Source: Opitutia bacterium
Lineage (GTDB): Bacteria; Verrucomicrobiota; Verrucomicrobiia; Opitutales; Opitutaceae
Direction: 5' to 3'
Assembly: GCA_947478395.1 (NCBI GenBank)
Contig: CANJVR010000003.1
Span: forward strand, 32,001-96,000
Length of the DNA stretch: 64,000 nucleotides
This document shows, in pieces, positions 19,915 to 31,008 of this stretch. The translations under genes and the position numbers were made by a program. A model generated the notes under the pieces. The model searched no databases and had not been told where the DNA came from. It saw only the letters and a list, made by a program, of their open reading frames with translations. How positions within the stretch are numbered: the first letter of the stretch is position 1; each line of letters opens with the position of its first letter.

Positions 19915-19985
19915 CATCGCGCATCCTACGAATCCAACTTCTTTAGAGGCCACAAAAACGACCTTTATACCTCGCTACCAACACT

Positions 19986-21479
19986 ATGCTAAATCTTCGC
20001 CTCCTCGCCTGCCTTGGCTTTGCCGCCGGGTGGGTCGCGCTTGGCCGCGCGGAGGAGCGGAACGTCTGGCCGGTGCGAGTCGAGCAGACCAACGCCACGG
20101 GAGGAGTCACGGCCACGGCCTGGGCGGGGCCGTTCGCCGTTCAAAAATCCCAGCCCGAGGGCGGAAAGGTGGCAGGTTTCAGGCCTTTTTATCTCCAGCG
20201 CACCAACGCCGCCGGCCGACGGATCGAAGTCAGCACGCTTTATCCGCTATTCACCTACCGCGCCGATGACGACAGCTACACGTGGTCGGTTTTCAACCTG
20301 ATCAACCGCTCGGGTCCCAATCCCGGCTCGTCACCCCCGCTAGCCACCGTACATCACAAGCGGTTCGACATCTGGCCGTTCTATTTTTCGCGCGACACGG
20401 GAGATCCCGCGACTTCTTACCGCGGACTGCTCCCCATCGGAGGCTCGATCAAAAGCTTTTTTGGTTACGAGCGGATCTCGTGGGTCCTGTTTCCACTTTA
20501 CACGGAGGTAACTACGCGCGGCGCGACCACGACCCTGACGCCGTGGCCGATCGTTCGCGTGACGCGGGGCGCTGAGACGGGCTTCGCGATTTGGCCCCTC
20601 TTCGGCTGGCGAGAACGACCGAATCAATTTCAGCAGCGCTATCTAGTCTGGCCGCTAATGTGGAAAAATTCCGTTCAGCCCAAGGCCGACGATCCAGCCG
20701 GCACCCCACCGACCGAACAAATCGGATTCATCCCGTTCTACACGCGGGAAACGCGGCCAGGTTATTTCGATCAAAATTTCGTCTGGCCCTTTTTCGGCAC
20801 CACGAACCGCACGCAACCTTACGTCTATCGCGAAACACGTTACCTGTGGCCCTTTTTCGTGCAGGCCAAAGGCGATCAGCGCATGATCAACCGCTGGGGT
20901 CCGTTCTACACGCACTCTGTAATCAAGGGGTACGACAAAACCTGGATCGTCTGGCCGCTGTGGCGCCAAGCGCATTGGGCAGAAGATGGCGTCGACCAAT
21001 GCCAAGTCTCCGCGCTGTTTCGCGTCTACTGGTCCCTTGAGCAGCGCAGTCTCGCAAATCCGTCCGCTGCCCCAGCGACCAAAACCCATCTGTGGCCGTT
21101 GTTCAGCGGCTGGGACAATGGCGCTGGCCGCCGCCAATATCAGGTGCTGAGTCCCTTCGAGGCCTTTTTCCCGCACAACGACATCGTCCGTCAAAACTGG
21201 ACACCACTCGTCGCCCTCTACCGCTACGACCAGACCGCCCCGGGCGAAAATCGCAGTTCGCTGCTTTGGGACGCCGTCACGTGGGAACGTCACACCAACG
21301 AGGCCCGCACGGCGTTTCACCTCGGACCGTTATTCAGCGTCGAGACTCACGCCGACGAAAAACTGATCGCCGTCGGTAACGGTCTGCTCAGCTGGCATCG
21401 CACCAGCGGCGCATGGCATTTCCTCTGGTTAAATTTTCCCGCCCAACGCGCTAAAGCCGCCACCACCGCGGCCCGCTGA
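19986..21479 (+). CDS. Secreted or outer-membrane hypothetical protein with many aromatic-Pro-aromatic (WPF/WPL/FPLY) repeats
   Basis: Signal peptide; repeat motif throughout; stop lies 1 nt before the mlaE ATG. Confidence 0.85.
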   Translation: MLNLRLLACLGFAAGWVALGRAEERNVWPVRVEQTNATGGVTATAWAGPFAVQKSQPEGGKVAGFRPFYLQRTNAAGRRIEVSTLYPLFTYRADDDSYTWSVFNLINRSGPNPGSSPPLATVHHKRFDIWPFYFSRDTGDPATSYRGLLPIGGSIKSFFGYERISWVLFPLYTEVTTRGATTTLTPWPIVRVTRGAETGFAIWPLFGWRERPNQFQQRYLVWPLMWKNSVQPKADDPAGTPPTEQIGFIPFYTRETRPGYFDQNFVWPFFGTTNRTQPYVYRETRYLWPFFVQAKGDQRMINRWGPFYTHSVIKGYDKTWIVWPLWRQAHWAEDGVDQCQVSALFRVYWSLEQRSLANPSAAPATKTHLWPLFSGWDNGAGRRQYQVLSPFEAFFPHNDIVRQNWTPLVALYRYDQTAPGENRSSLLWDAVTWERHTNEARTAFHLGPLFSVETHADEKLIAVGNGLLSWHRTSGAWHFLWLNFPAQRAKAATTAAR

Positions 21480-21480
21480 A

Positions 21481-22233
21481 ATGAAACAACTCAATCATAT
21501 CCTCGAGGGCTTCGGCAGCGCCGTGCAGCTTTTGATCCAGTCGGGCAAATACGCCGGCACGCTCGTGCGCCAGAAAGCCCGCTTCATCGAGCAGTGCTAC
21601 CTCATCGGGTACACCACGCTGCCGATCGTAGCCATTCTCAGCTTTTTCATGGGCAGCGTACTCGCGCTCCAAGCCGGATATTCGATGCAGAATTTCGGCA
21701 CGATGCAGTTCATCGGCTCGCTCGTCGGACTCTCCTTCGCCCGCGAACTTGGCCCGGTGATCGTCGCCATCCTCGTCGCGGGACGCGTCGGTTCCGCGAT
21801 CACCGCGGAATTGGCCTCGATGAAAGTTTATCAGGAGGTTGATGCGCTCGTGACGATGAACATCCCTCCGGCCCGCCTGCTGGTGATGCCGCGGCTCGCC
21901 GCGATCCTCGTGATGATGCCCGTGCTCGCCATCATTGCCGATCTGGTCGGCTGGTTCGGCGGGGCTCTCGTTTCCAAATACACCAGCTTCATCGCCATCG
22001 AACCCGAAACTTATTTCGCGACGCTCCGCCGGTACATGAAGTTCAAGGACGTCGCCAACGGCCTCGCGAAGGCCGAGGTCTTCGGTTTCGTGGTCGTCCT
22101 CATTTGCTGCAGCATCGGCCTCAACACGCGCGGCGGTCCCCGCGAAATCGGCGCCTCGGTCACTCGCGCCGTCGTCGTGTCACTGATCTCGATCCTGCTG
22201 TTGGATTATTTCGTCACGAAAGCCCTGCTCTGA
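21481..22233 (+). CDS. mlaE: MlaE-family ABC permease
   Basis: RELGPV, AGRVGSAITAELASMKV.QEVDAL, GASVTRAVV. Confidence 0.93.
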   Translation: MKQLNHILEGFGSAVQLLIQSGKYAGTLVRQKARFIEQCYLIGYTTLPIVAILSFFMGSVLALQAGYSMQNFGTMQFIGSLVGLSFARELGPVIVAILVAGRVGSAITAELASMKVYQEVDALVTMNIPPARLLVMPRLAAILVMMPVLAIIADLVGWFGGALVSKYTSFIAIEPETYFATLRRYMKFKDVANGLAKAEVFGFVVVLICCSIGLNTRGGPREIGASVTRAVVVSLISILLLDYFVTKALL

Positions 22234-22242
22234 TTTCCCGCC

Positions 22243-23061
22243 ATGCCTTCGTCCAACACCACCTGCCCCATCCATCGCAACCCGATCACGTCGGAGGAAA
22301 CTCCGGCCGTCGGCATTACCATCGATGGGCTGACGAAAAATTTCGGTGATTTGCACGTCCTCAAAAACGTTTCCTTCAACGTGGAGCCGGGCGAAATCTT
22401 CGTGCTCATGGGCCCAAGCGGCTCGGGCAAGAGCGTCCTCTTGAAACACATCGTCGGGCTCGAAGCTCCGACCTCCGGCCGCGTGTTGATCGATGGCCGG
22501 AATGTCGCCGCGGAAGACACGCTGGAGCACGTGCGCATCGCCTTGGTTTTTCAGGCGGGCGCGCTGTTCAACTCGCTCAGCGTGTACGAAAATCTCGCGC
22601 TCTACCCCCGCGAACATCGCCTCGGCAACGAGTCCGAGATCCGCGAAAAAGTCACCCGCGCCCTGCAAATTCTTTCGCTCGAAAATACCGCGCAAAAATT
22701 CCCGTCCGAACTTTCCGGCGGCATGAAGAAACGCGTCGCCATCGCCCGCGCCCTCGTGATGGAGCCGCAGCTGATGCTCTACGACGAACCGACCAGCGAG
22801 CTCGATCCGGTCATGAGCGCCACCATCAGCGAAATCATCGCCACCTTGAAGGATCAGTACCATGTGACCACGATCGTCGTCTCCCATGATCGCGAACTGG
22901 CCCTCGGGATCGCCGATCGGGTGGGAATTCTCATCGGCGGCGAACTCGTGAGTCTCGGGCCCCCATCCGAGCTGCAGGCGCCGAAGGATCCACGCATCGC
23001 CGACTTTTTTTCGCCCAAAATCGATTTGAAGAATCCCCGCTTCAAACAACGGCAGGGCTGA
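22243..23061 (+). CDS. mlaF: MlaF-family ABC ATPase
   Basis: GPSGSGKS, FQAGALFNSL, LSGGMKKRVAIARA, LYDEPT. Confidence 0.93.
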   Translation: MPSSNTTCPIHRNPITSEETPAVGITIDGLTKNFGDLHVLKNVSFNVEPGEIFVLMGPSGSGKSVLLKHIVGLEAPTSGRVLIDGRNVAAEDTLEHVRIALVFQAGALFNSLSVYENLALYPREHRLGNESEIREKVTRALQILSLENTAQKFPSELSGGMKKRVAIARALVMEPQLMLYDEPTSELDPVMSATISEIIATLKDQYHVTTIVVSHDRELALGIADRVGILIGGELVSLGPPSELQAPKDPRIADFFSPKIDLKNPRFKQRQG

Positions 23062-23075
23062 AGCCCGTCTCCCAC
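23055..23075. repeat. Half REP (family C) supplying the mlaF TGA stop
   Basis: GGGCTGAAGCCCGTCTCCCAC. Confidence 0.5.
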
Positions 23076-23101
23076 TTAAAATATTTCAATTCACCATCAC
23101 C

Positions 23102-24094
23102 ATGAACACCGCCCAGCAAACCGCCCGCGTCGGGCTTTTTTTCCTCCTCGGCCTCGCCCTCACGTGGGTGACGTTCGAGACGCTCAGCGACGGCAAGATT
23201 TTCAAAGACCGCGGCTACGCTCTCATCGCCGGCTTCGATAACCTCAAAGAACTCAAAGCCGCCGATGAAGTTCGCATGGCCGGCGTCAAAATTGGCACCA
23301 TCGAGCTCACTCGCCTCGCCGGCCGCCGCGCCGAAGCCGTATTGCGGATTGAACCCGGCGTCCGGGTCGCGAAAGACGCCACCGCCACGATCGTCATGGC
23401 GGGGCTCATCGGAACCAACTACATCGGCATCGATCTCGGCACGCCCGGCGCACCCGCCCTCACCGATGGGGCGGAATTACGCACCAAGGTCACACCTGAT
23501 ATCAACTCCATCATGACCGAGATCGGCAATCTCGGACAAAAACTCGACGGCGCACTCGGCTCGATCAGCAACGCGATCGGCGGCAAGGACGGACAGCCGG
23601 GCCTTTTCCAAAAAATCGAAAAACTCGTGAGCGATAATTCAGACAGCGCGAAAATCACGATGAGCAATCTTCAGGACATCACGACCAAGGTGAAAGATGG
23701 CCAGGGCACGCTCGGTCAACTTATCAACAGCCCGCAACTCCACGATGAATTGATTGCAACGATCGCCGAAATTAAAGCGGCGGCGTCCGATACCAAGACG
23801 TTCGTCAACGACACCCAAGGCATCCTCGCGCAAGTGAAGTCGGGCAAGGGCACGCTGGGTACGCTGCTGTACGACGAAGAGTCGGCCGCTAGCATCAAGG
23901 CGACGGTAAAAAATTTCCACGATGTCTCGGACAAGATCGCGAAAGGCGAAGGCACGCTCGGGAAATTGCTCAACGACGACAGCCTGTACATCGGCGTGCA
24001 AAACACGCTGAAGAAAGCCGATCGCGCCATCGACGGCCTCGGCGACAGCGGCCCGATCACGGCCGTCGGCGTGGTCGCAAACTCGCTGTTCTAA
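23102..24094 (+). CDS. mlaD: MlaD/MCE protein with long helical C-terminal region
   Basis: N-terminal TM helix, VRMAGVKIG, GLIGTNYI, three G[KQE]GTLG repeats. Confidence 0.92.
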   Translation: MNTAQQTARVGLFFLLGLALTWVTFETLSDGKIFKDRGYALIAGFDNLKELKAADEVRMAGVKIGTIELTRLAGRRAEAVLRIEPGVRVAKDATATIVMAGLIGTNYIGIDLGTPGAPALTDGAELRTKVTPDINSIMTEIGNLGQKLDGALGSISNAIGGKDGQPGLFQKIEKLVSDNSDSAKITMSNLQDITTKVKDGQGTLGQLINSPQLHDELIATIAEIKAAASDTKTFVNDTQGILAQVKSGKGTLGTLLYDEESAASIKATVKNFHDVSDKIAKGEGTLGKLLNDDSLYIGVQNTLKKADRAIDGLGDSGPITAVGVVANSLF

Positions 24095-24207
24095 GCGCCA
24101 ATCCAAATACCGCTCCGCCCGTGGGTCATCGCGCTTGCGCGTGCGATTTGACCCGGAGCGCGTGTAATCGTGCTGACAACCGCGCGCTTTGCCGCTTTTT
24201 CCCTGCC

Positions 24208-24756
24208 ATGAACTTCCGCGCCCTCGGAGTTGGAGCCGTCATGCTGGTGCTGGTCGGCTGCGGACATCCGGCGGAGCAAAAAATCCTGTCCGAAATAAAA
24301 GGCAGTCCGGATATCGTCGCCCAGGCATCGCAACCAGGCTCGAAATCTCGCGCGTTCGATCTCCGCGCCTTCCAAGTCAGCCCGATTTGGGGCGGGGCGA
24401 ACGCACCTATCGTCGGCTCCGCAACGGGGTCGAATTATCGCGTCAAAATCACCCTTTGGGACAGCGATCCCCGGCAAGGCGACACGGCATTGGCTGAAAT
24501 TTTTTTCCGGGATCAAGAGCAGGCTGCGAAGTCTCCGCCGATTTCAAATCCCGATCCTAACGATCCCAAGGATCCGAATAATCGCAACGCGCAGGGCCAA
24601 GGCCCAGGTCGCACGTATCGCATCGATTTTCCGATCGCGACGCTGGAAGCGGTCATCCAAACGCTGCGCTTCGCCAACGGCGACGTTCACCTCTACTACC
24701 ACGAAGGCCAGTGGGCCATCGGTACGGCGGCCGCCGAATTCATCGGCTCGAATTAG
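24208..24756 (+). CDS. Hypothetical lipoprotein
   Basis: Lipobox LVGC after a hydrophobic signal. Confidence 0.7.
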   Translation: MNFRALGVGAVMLVLVGCGHPAEQKILSEIKGSPDIVAQASQPGSKSRAFDLRAFQVSPIWGGANAPIVGSATGSNYRVKITLWDSDPRQGDTALAEIFFRDQEQAAKSPPISNPDPNDPKDPNNRNAQGQGPGRTYRIDFPIATLEAVIQTLRFANGDVHLYYHEGQWAIGTAAAEFIGSN

Positions 24757-24767
24757 GACAAATCCCA

Positions 24768-24792
24768 GGGCGCGTCAGGGAATGACGCGCCC
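24768..24792. repeat. Hairpin GGGCGCGTCA-GGGAA-TGACGCGCCC between convergent genes (family B half unit or terminator)
   Basis: Perfect 10-bp stem resembling GGCGCGTTAGGGATAACGCGCCC. Confidence 0.6.
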
Positions 24793-24800
24793 CCAGAGCG

Positions 24801-26027
<1,227 letters not shown>

Positions 26028-26048
26028 GGAGAGAAGGTACGGAAGGGA

Positions 26049-26080
26049 AACCGCGAATGGACGCGAATCAACGCGAATGA
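26049..26080. repeat. Tandem 10-mer repeat (CGCGAAT core x3) between argF and argG
   Basis: AACCGCGAATGGACGCGAATCAACGCGAATGA. Confidence 0.65.
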
Positions 26081-26158
26081 TCGGAGCGTGCGACGCATTC
26101 CCGCCCGGGGTTGCGGGCTTCGTTCACGTCTCGTCGCGTCCATGCTCGGTCCAAAAAA

Positions 26159-27112
26159 TTATTGCCGCCGCGCCGATTGCGCCAGCACGGCCATGATCGC
26201 CTTCTGCATGTGCAGCCGGTTCTCCGCCTGGTCGAAAATAATGGAGCGCGGATTATCGAGTACGGCCTGCTCGACTTCCTCGCCCGGATGGGCCGGCAGA
26301 CAATGCATGAACAGCGCGTCCGGCTTGGCGGCCGCAAATAATTTCGCGGTGACGGCGAAGGGCGACATCTGCCGGATGCGTTCCGCCTTTTCTTCTTCTT
26401 TGCCCATGCTGACCCAAACATCGGTATAAACCACGTCCGCATCACGCACGGCCTCGTACGGATCGGTCGTGAATTGGTAAGAGTTCGCCGGGAAACCTTC
26501 TTTTTTTAGCTGAGCCTGGATTTCCGCCCCCGGCGCGAATGCGGGCGGACCGGAGAGCGCGATTTTCATCCCGAATAGATTCGCCCCTAGAATCCACGAG
26601 TTCGGCATATTGCAGGCCGTGTCACCGAGGAAAGCGATTTTCCGTCCGCGCAACGAGGCCACCAAATCGCCGCCAGGAGGCGCCCAACGCTCGGCCATGG
26701 TGAAGGCATCCGTGTAAATCTGGCAGGGATGCAGAAAATCCGTGAGTGCGTTAATCACGGGCAAAGAGCCCGCCGCGGCCAACCGCTCTACTTCGCTGTG
26801 ATCGAAGGTTCGCACGATCAACCCATGGACGAAACGCGACAATACCTTCGCGGTGTCCTCCAGCGATTCCCCGCGGCCCAATTGAATGTCGTTTTTGTTG
26901 AGAAAAAGAGGGTTGCCGCCGAGCTCGTGAATCCCGACCTCAAATGAAACCCGGGTGCGCGTGCTCGATTTGGAAAAAATCATCGCCCACGTCTGCCCCG
27001 CGAGGACGGATGATGCCTGCTGGCCGCGCTGCGCCTTGAATTTGCGGGCGAGCGCGAAAACTTCACCGAGTTCATGCGGCTTGAAGTCCGTCTCCTTAAG
27101 GAAGTGTTTCAT
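26159..27112 (-). CDS. argF: Ornithine carbamoyltransferase
   Basis: SSTRTRVSF, HPCQ, DVWVSMG, HCLP, QAENR. Confidence 0.96.
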   Translation of the reverse strand: MKHFLKETDFKPHELGEVFALARKFKAQRGQQASSVLAGQTWAMIFSKSSTRTRVSFEVGIHELGGNPLFLNKNDIQLGRGESLEDTAKVLSRFVHGLIVRTFDHSEVERLAAAGSLPVINALTDFLHPCQIYTDAFTMAERWAPPGGDLVASLRGRKIAFLGDTACNMPNSWILGANLFGMKIALSGPPAFAPGAEIQAQLKKEGFPANSYQFTTDPYEAVRDADVVYTDVWVSMGKEEEKAERIRQMSPFAVTAKLFAAAKPDALFMHCLPAHPGEEVEQAVLDNPRSIIFDQAENRLHMQKAIMAVLAQSARRQ

Positions 27113-27260
27113 GGCGGAAAAACGATCCACTAAACCCGGCTAGTCCAACTGCACGAGTGAAAAGTGGCGTCACCCGCCCGAGCGCATCGCTCACTCCCGA
27201 ATCGAATTCGCGTGCAACGTAACGATCTCGCGCCCGCGAATCCGCGGCACCGCCTTCGAA

Positions 27261-28490
27261 TCATGCCGGCGCAGCCTTGGCCGACAAAACGGCGCGGAAA
27301 ATCTCCACCGATTTCGACAATTCGTCCGCCGTTGCCGTCAGCGGCGGCAGCAGGCGGATGACGTTTCCGCCGGAAGGCGTCGCCAGCAAACCACGCTCGC
27401 GCAGCGCCGTGACGTACGGCGCGACGTCGTTCGCCATTTGTACGCCGACCAAAAATCCACGGCCGCGGACGGCGACCATCTGCGCCGGGAAATCCTGCAT
27501 GAGTTGTCCGAGCTGTTGCATCCACGTCGCACCCGCCTGCGAAACATGCGCGAGTAGTTGCTCGCGCTCGATGACGTCCAGCACGGCGAGTCCGGCGGCG
27601 CACGCGAGAGGCGTGCCGCCAAACGTCGTGCCGTGCGAACCAGGCTGAAACAGATCAGCGCCGCGTTCGCCCGCCCAAATGGCACCGATCGGGAAACCGC
27701 CGCCCAGCCCTTTGGCCATCGCGATGGCGTCGGGTCGGACACCGGCGTGTTCGAAGGCGTAAAATTTTCCGGTGCGACCGAGCCCGCACTGTACCTCGTC
27801 GAGCAGCAGCAGGAGATTGTGCTGATCGCACAGACGGCGCAGACCGAGCAGGAACTCCGGCGTGCAGGGATTCACACCACTTTCGCCTTGGATGGATTCG
27901 ACGAATATCGCCGCGGTAGCGTCATCGATTAAATCGGCGAAGCTCTGGAGATTGTTCAGCTCGCCAAACGAAAATCCGGGCACCAGCGGACGAAACCCTT
28001 TCTGAATTTTTTCCTGCGGCGTCGCGCTCATGCCGCCGAACATGCGGCCGTGAAATGCGTTTTTCGCGCCGATGATTTTGTAGCACTTCAATTCTTCGCC
28101 GCCGGCTTTGCGCATGCCATGCAAGCGCGCAAGTTTGATCAGGGCCTCATCGGCCTCGGCTCCGCTGTTGCAGAAAAAAATTCGCCCTGGGCCCGCATAC
28201 CCGACCAGCCGCCGTGCGAGTTCCGCCTGATTGGGATGACGAAAAAGATTACTGGTATGAATCAGCTCGGCGGCCTGCCGCTGGATGGCGGCCACCCAAT
28301 GCGGGTGGCAATGACCCAGCGCGCTGACGGCGATACCCGAGGTGAAATCGAGATAGCTCTGGCCCGCGTCGTCCCACACCCGCGTGCCGCTGCCGCGCGT
28401 TAGCGTCAGCGCGGCGCGCGCGTAATTTTTCATCACGTGGGCATCGTACAGGTCCGCGGTGCTGGTGCGGATAAGGGAGGGAGTGCTCAT
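27261..28490 (-). CDS. argD: Acetylornithine aminotransferase
   Basis: DFTSGIAV, NSGAEA, FHGR, DEVQCG, AKGLGGG, HGTTFGG. Confidence 0.94.
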   Translation of the reverse strand: MSTPSLIRTSTADLYDAHVMKNYARAALTLTRGSGTRVWDDAGQSYLDFTSGIAVSALGHCHPHWVAAIQRQAAELIHTSNLFRHPNQAELARRLVGYAGPGRIFFCNSGAEADEALIKLARLHGMRKAGGEELKCYKIIGAKNAFHGRMFGGMSATPQEKIQKGFRPLVPGFSFGELNNLQSFADLIDDATAAIFVESIQGESGVNPCTPEFLLGLRRLCDQHNLLLLLDEVQCGLGRTGKFYAFEHAGVRPDAIAMAKGLGGGFPIGAIWAGERGADLFQPGSHGTTFGGTPLACAAGLAVLDVIEREQLLAHVSQAGATWMQQLGQLMQDFPAQMVAVRGRGFLVGVQMANDVAPYVTALRERGLLATPSGGNVIRLLPPLTATADELSKSVEIFRAVLSAKAAPA

Positions 28491-28580
28491 TTTTCGATGA
28501 TTGATTCTCGATTTTTGATTTCCGGCCGTGGTCTCCGATTAAATCGAAAATCCCGATTCGAAGTTCAAAAATTAAGAAAT
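28491..28580. repeat. AT-rich heptamer-based inverted repeat ((CGATTTT)n…(AAAATCG)n) between argB and argD
   Basis: TTTTCGATGATTGATTCTCGATTTTTGATT…AAATCGAAAATCCCGATTCGAA; second copy at 61605. Confidence 0.65.
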
Positions 28581-29461
28581 CAGCCGTGCACAATTTCAGT
28601 GCCCGTGCCCTCGTGGGTGAAAATCTCGAGCAACACCGAATGCGGCAGACGTCCATCGATGAAGTGCACGCGCTGCACACCTTCTTCAAGGGCGCGCACC
28701 GCACTGCCGACTTTCGGGCGCATGCCTTTGTCGATGACGCCCTTTTCTTTTAATCCGTCGACCTGGCTAATTTTCAGCGTGGAAATAAGCGAGGCGGGAT
28801 CAGGTGGAGCGGAAAGCAGGCCGGGGACGTCGCTCATGTACACCAAGCGCCGCGCGCGGAGCGCACTGGCCACGCGGCCCGCGACCAGATCCGCGTTCAC
28901 GTTGTAGGGCTTGCCGTCGTAGCCTTCGGCGACCGGCGAAATTACCGGGATGAAGCCGTCGGCGATTTCCTTCTTTATTAATTTCACCTTCACCTCGGTG
29001 ACTTCACCGACGAAGCCGAGATCGACGGGATTGCCGTCATCATCCACCGTAAGTTTCTGGCACACGAGGACGCTGTCGCCGGGCAGGCCTTTGGGCTTTC
29101 CGCCGGCGGACACGATGGCGTCGCAGACATCCTTGTTCACGATTTCATCCAGCGTTTTTTTCACGATGGCGATCGTGGCCTCGTCGGTCACGCGCAGGCC
29201 GTTGACGAAATCAGCCTTCAGGCCCGAGCCTTCCATGGCCTTCGTGATCGCCTTGCCGCCGCCGTGCACGACGACGACGTTGATCCCGACCGCGGCGAGA
29301 AAGGCGATGTCGTAGGCCACGCGCGTGCGCGCGACCGGATCAGGATCATCCATGAAACTTCCGCCGTATTTGACGACGAAAGTTGAACCGCGAAAATCCT
29401 GGATGTAGGGCAGTGCTTCGAGCAGCACCTTCGCCTTGGCCGTGATTTCTGCGACGTTCAT
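28580..29461 (-). CDS. argB: Acetylglutamate kinase
   Basis: LEALPYI, VKYGG, VHGGG, GLRVTD, NVNAD, GMRPKV. Confidence 0.96.
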   Translation of the reverse strand: MNVAEITAKAKVLLEALPYIQDFRGSTFVVKYGGSFMDDPDPVARTRVAYDIAFLAAVGINVVVVHGGGKAITKAMEGSGLKADFVNGLRVTDEATIAIVKKTLDEIVNKDVCDAIVSAGGKPKGLPGDSVLVCQKLTVDDDGNPVDLGFVGEVTEVKVKLIKKEIADGFIPVISPVAEGYDGKPYNVNADLVAGRVASALRARRLVYMSDVPGLLSAPPDPASLISTLKISQVDGLKEKGVIDKGMRPKVGSAVRALEEGVQRVHFIDGRLPHSVLLEIFTHEGTGTEIVHG

Positions 29462-29659
29462 GCGCGAACAAGCCCGCGACAATCGAGCGAACGAGACGAA
29501 TAAAAAAGAGAAGAGGCGTGCACGTTTTCCGAGGGAATAAATTTAGTAACGCAGAGCGCGCGACCATTTCCATCACATTTTCACGGCCACGACATATTTC
29601 CATCGATGGAAGCCGGCCCATAAAATCGGCTTCACTCGGCCGCGTCGCGCCACCACTCC

Positions 29660-30982
29660 TTGGCCGTGGCCAGCACTCAATTAATTTTCACCGACCGCGC
29701 GGCGCATCGCGCGTGGCTCGCGCGCCAGGCAAAATTGCCCGCCGGTTTTCGCGTGGGTACCGCCCGATTTGAATTTGTCCCGCGTGAAGCACCCAAGCCC
29801 GCGAAGATGACCCTCACGCTCATCGCACTGGACCGGCCGACGCCGGACTTCGCCGCGATGTTTACGCGCAACGCGCTGCCGGGCGCGCCGATCATCGTCG
29901 GCCGGCAACGGCTGGACGCGCCCACGCTCGGAGCGATCATCGTGAACAACAAAATCTCCAACGTCTGCGCGCCTGGTGGGGTCGCCACCGCCGAACGCAT
30001 TTGCGGCGACGCCGGCGGCCTACTCGGACTCGCCGCCACGCAGGTGCTGCCCAGTTCCACCGGCGTGATCGGCTGGAGCTTGCCCGAGGCCGAGATCGTC
30101 CTCGCATTGCCCCAAGCCGTGGCGGCGCTGGCCGGCGATTCGATTTTGCCGGCCGCAGAAGGAATCGTGACGACCGATCTTTATCCGAAAATTCGCCGGG
30201 CCGACGTGGGCGCAGGCAGCATCGTTGGGATCGCCAAAGGCGCCGGAATGATCGAACCCAACCTGGCGACGATGCTCGTCTACCTGTTAACCGATTTAGC
30301 GGTGCCGCGCGTGGAATTGCGCGCCGCGCTGCAGCGCGCAGTGGAAACGAGTTTCAACACCATCAGCATCGATAGCGACACGAGTACGTCGGACACGGTT
30401 GCGCTCCTTTCTTCGGGCCGCGTGCCGTGTGACGATCTCGCAGCGTTCGAGCGTGGGTTAACTCAAGTGTGCCGCGATCTGGCCGAGGATGTCGTGCGCA
30501 ATGGTGAAGGCGTCCGCCACGTGATTCGCGTGACGGTGCGCGATGCCGCGACCCCGGAACTCGCGCGCGCCTTGGGCAAAGCGATCGTGAACGCGCCGTT
30601 ATTCAAATGCGCGGTGGCGGGAAATGATCCCAACGTGGGCCGGCTTATACAGGCCATCGGCAAGCACGTGGGCGCCCATGCACCGACCACGGATTTGTCG
30701 CGGTTGAGGCTGCGCCTCGGTGGCGTGGAGATTTTCGCAGACGGCGTCTTCCAGTTGAATCCCGAGAAGGAACTCGCCCTGGTCGCTCATCTCCGCGCGG
30801 CGGAACTCTACGCCAGCGCCCCACCGGTCGCCGGCGTGTTTACCGCGGCGGTCGATTTTCCCCCGCACGAACGCTGCGTCGAGATCGAGGTTTCGCCCGG
30901 CAACGGACACGCGGCTGCGACCGTGCTCGGGGGCGATCTCACCCACGAATACGTGAGTGAAAACGCCGACTACCGGAGCTGA
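29660..30982 (+). CDS. argJ: Ornithine acetyltransferase ArgJ (divergent), opposite strand to the other arg genes
   Basis: SSTGVIG, IVTTD, AKGAGMIEPNLATML, DSDTSTSD, NDPNVGR, DLTHEYVSENADYRS. Confidence 0.92.
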   Translation: MAVASTQLIFTDRAAHRAWLARQAKLPAGFRVGTARFEFVPREAPKPAKMTLTLIALDRPTPDFAAMFTRNALPGAPIIVGRQRLDAPTLGAIIVNNKISNVCAPGGVATAERICGDAGGLLGLAATQVLPSSTGVIGWSLPEAEIVLALPQAVAALAGDSILPAAEGIVTTDLYPKIRRADVGAGSIVGIAKGAGMIEPNLATMLVYLLTDLAVPRVELRAALQRAVETSFNTISIDSDTSTSDTVALLSSGRVPCDDLAAFERGLTQVCRDLAEDVVRNGEGVRHVIRVTVRDAATPELARALGKAIVNAPLFKCAVAGNDPNVGRLIQAIGKHVGAHAPTTDLSRLRLRLGGVEIFADGVFQLNPEKELALVAHLRAAELYASAPPVAGVFTAAVDFPPHERCVEIEVSPGNGHAAATVLGGDLTHEYVSENADYRS

Positions 30983-31008
30983 ACGAAGGCGACTTAACGA
31001 CGGATAAA

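Noticed and set aside
24541..24590. NPDPNDPKDPNN low-complexity stretch in the lipoprotein
   Set aside because: Ordinary short peptide repeat; no palindrome and no other copies
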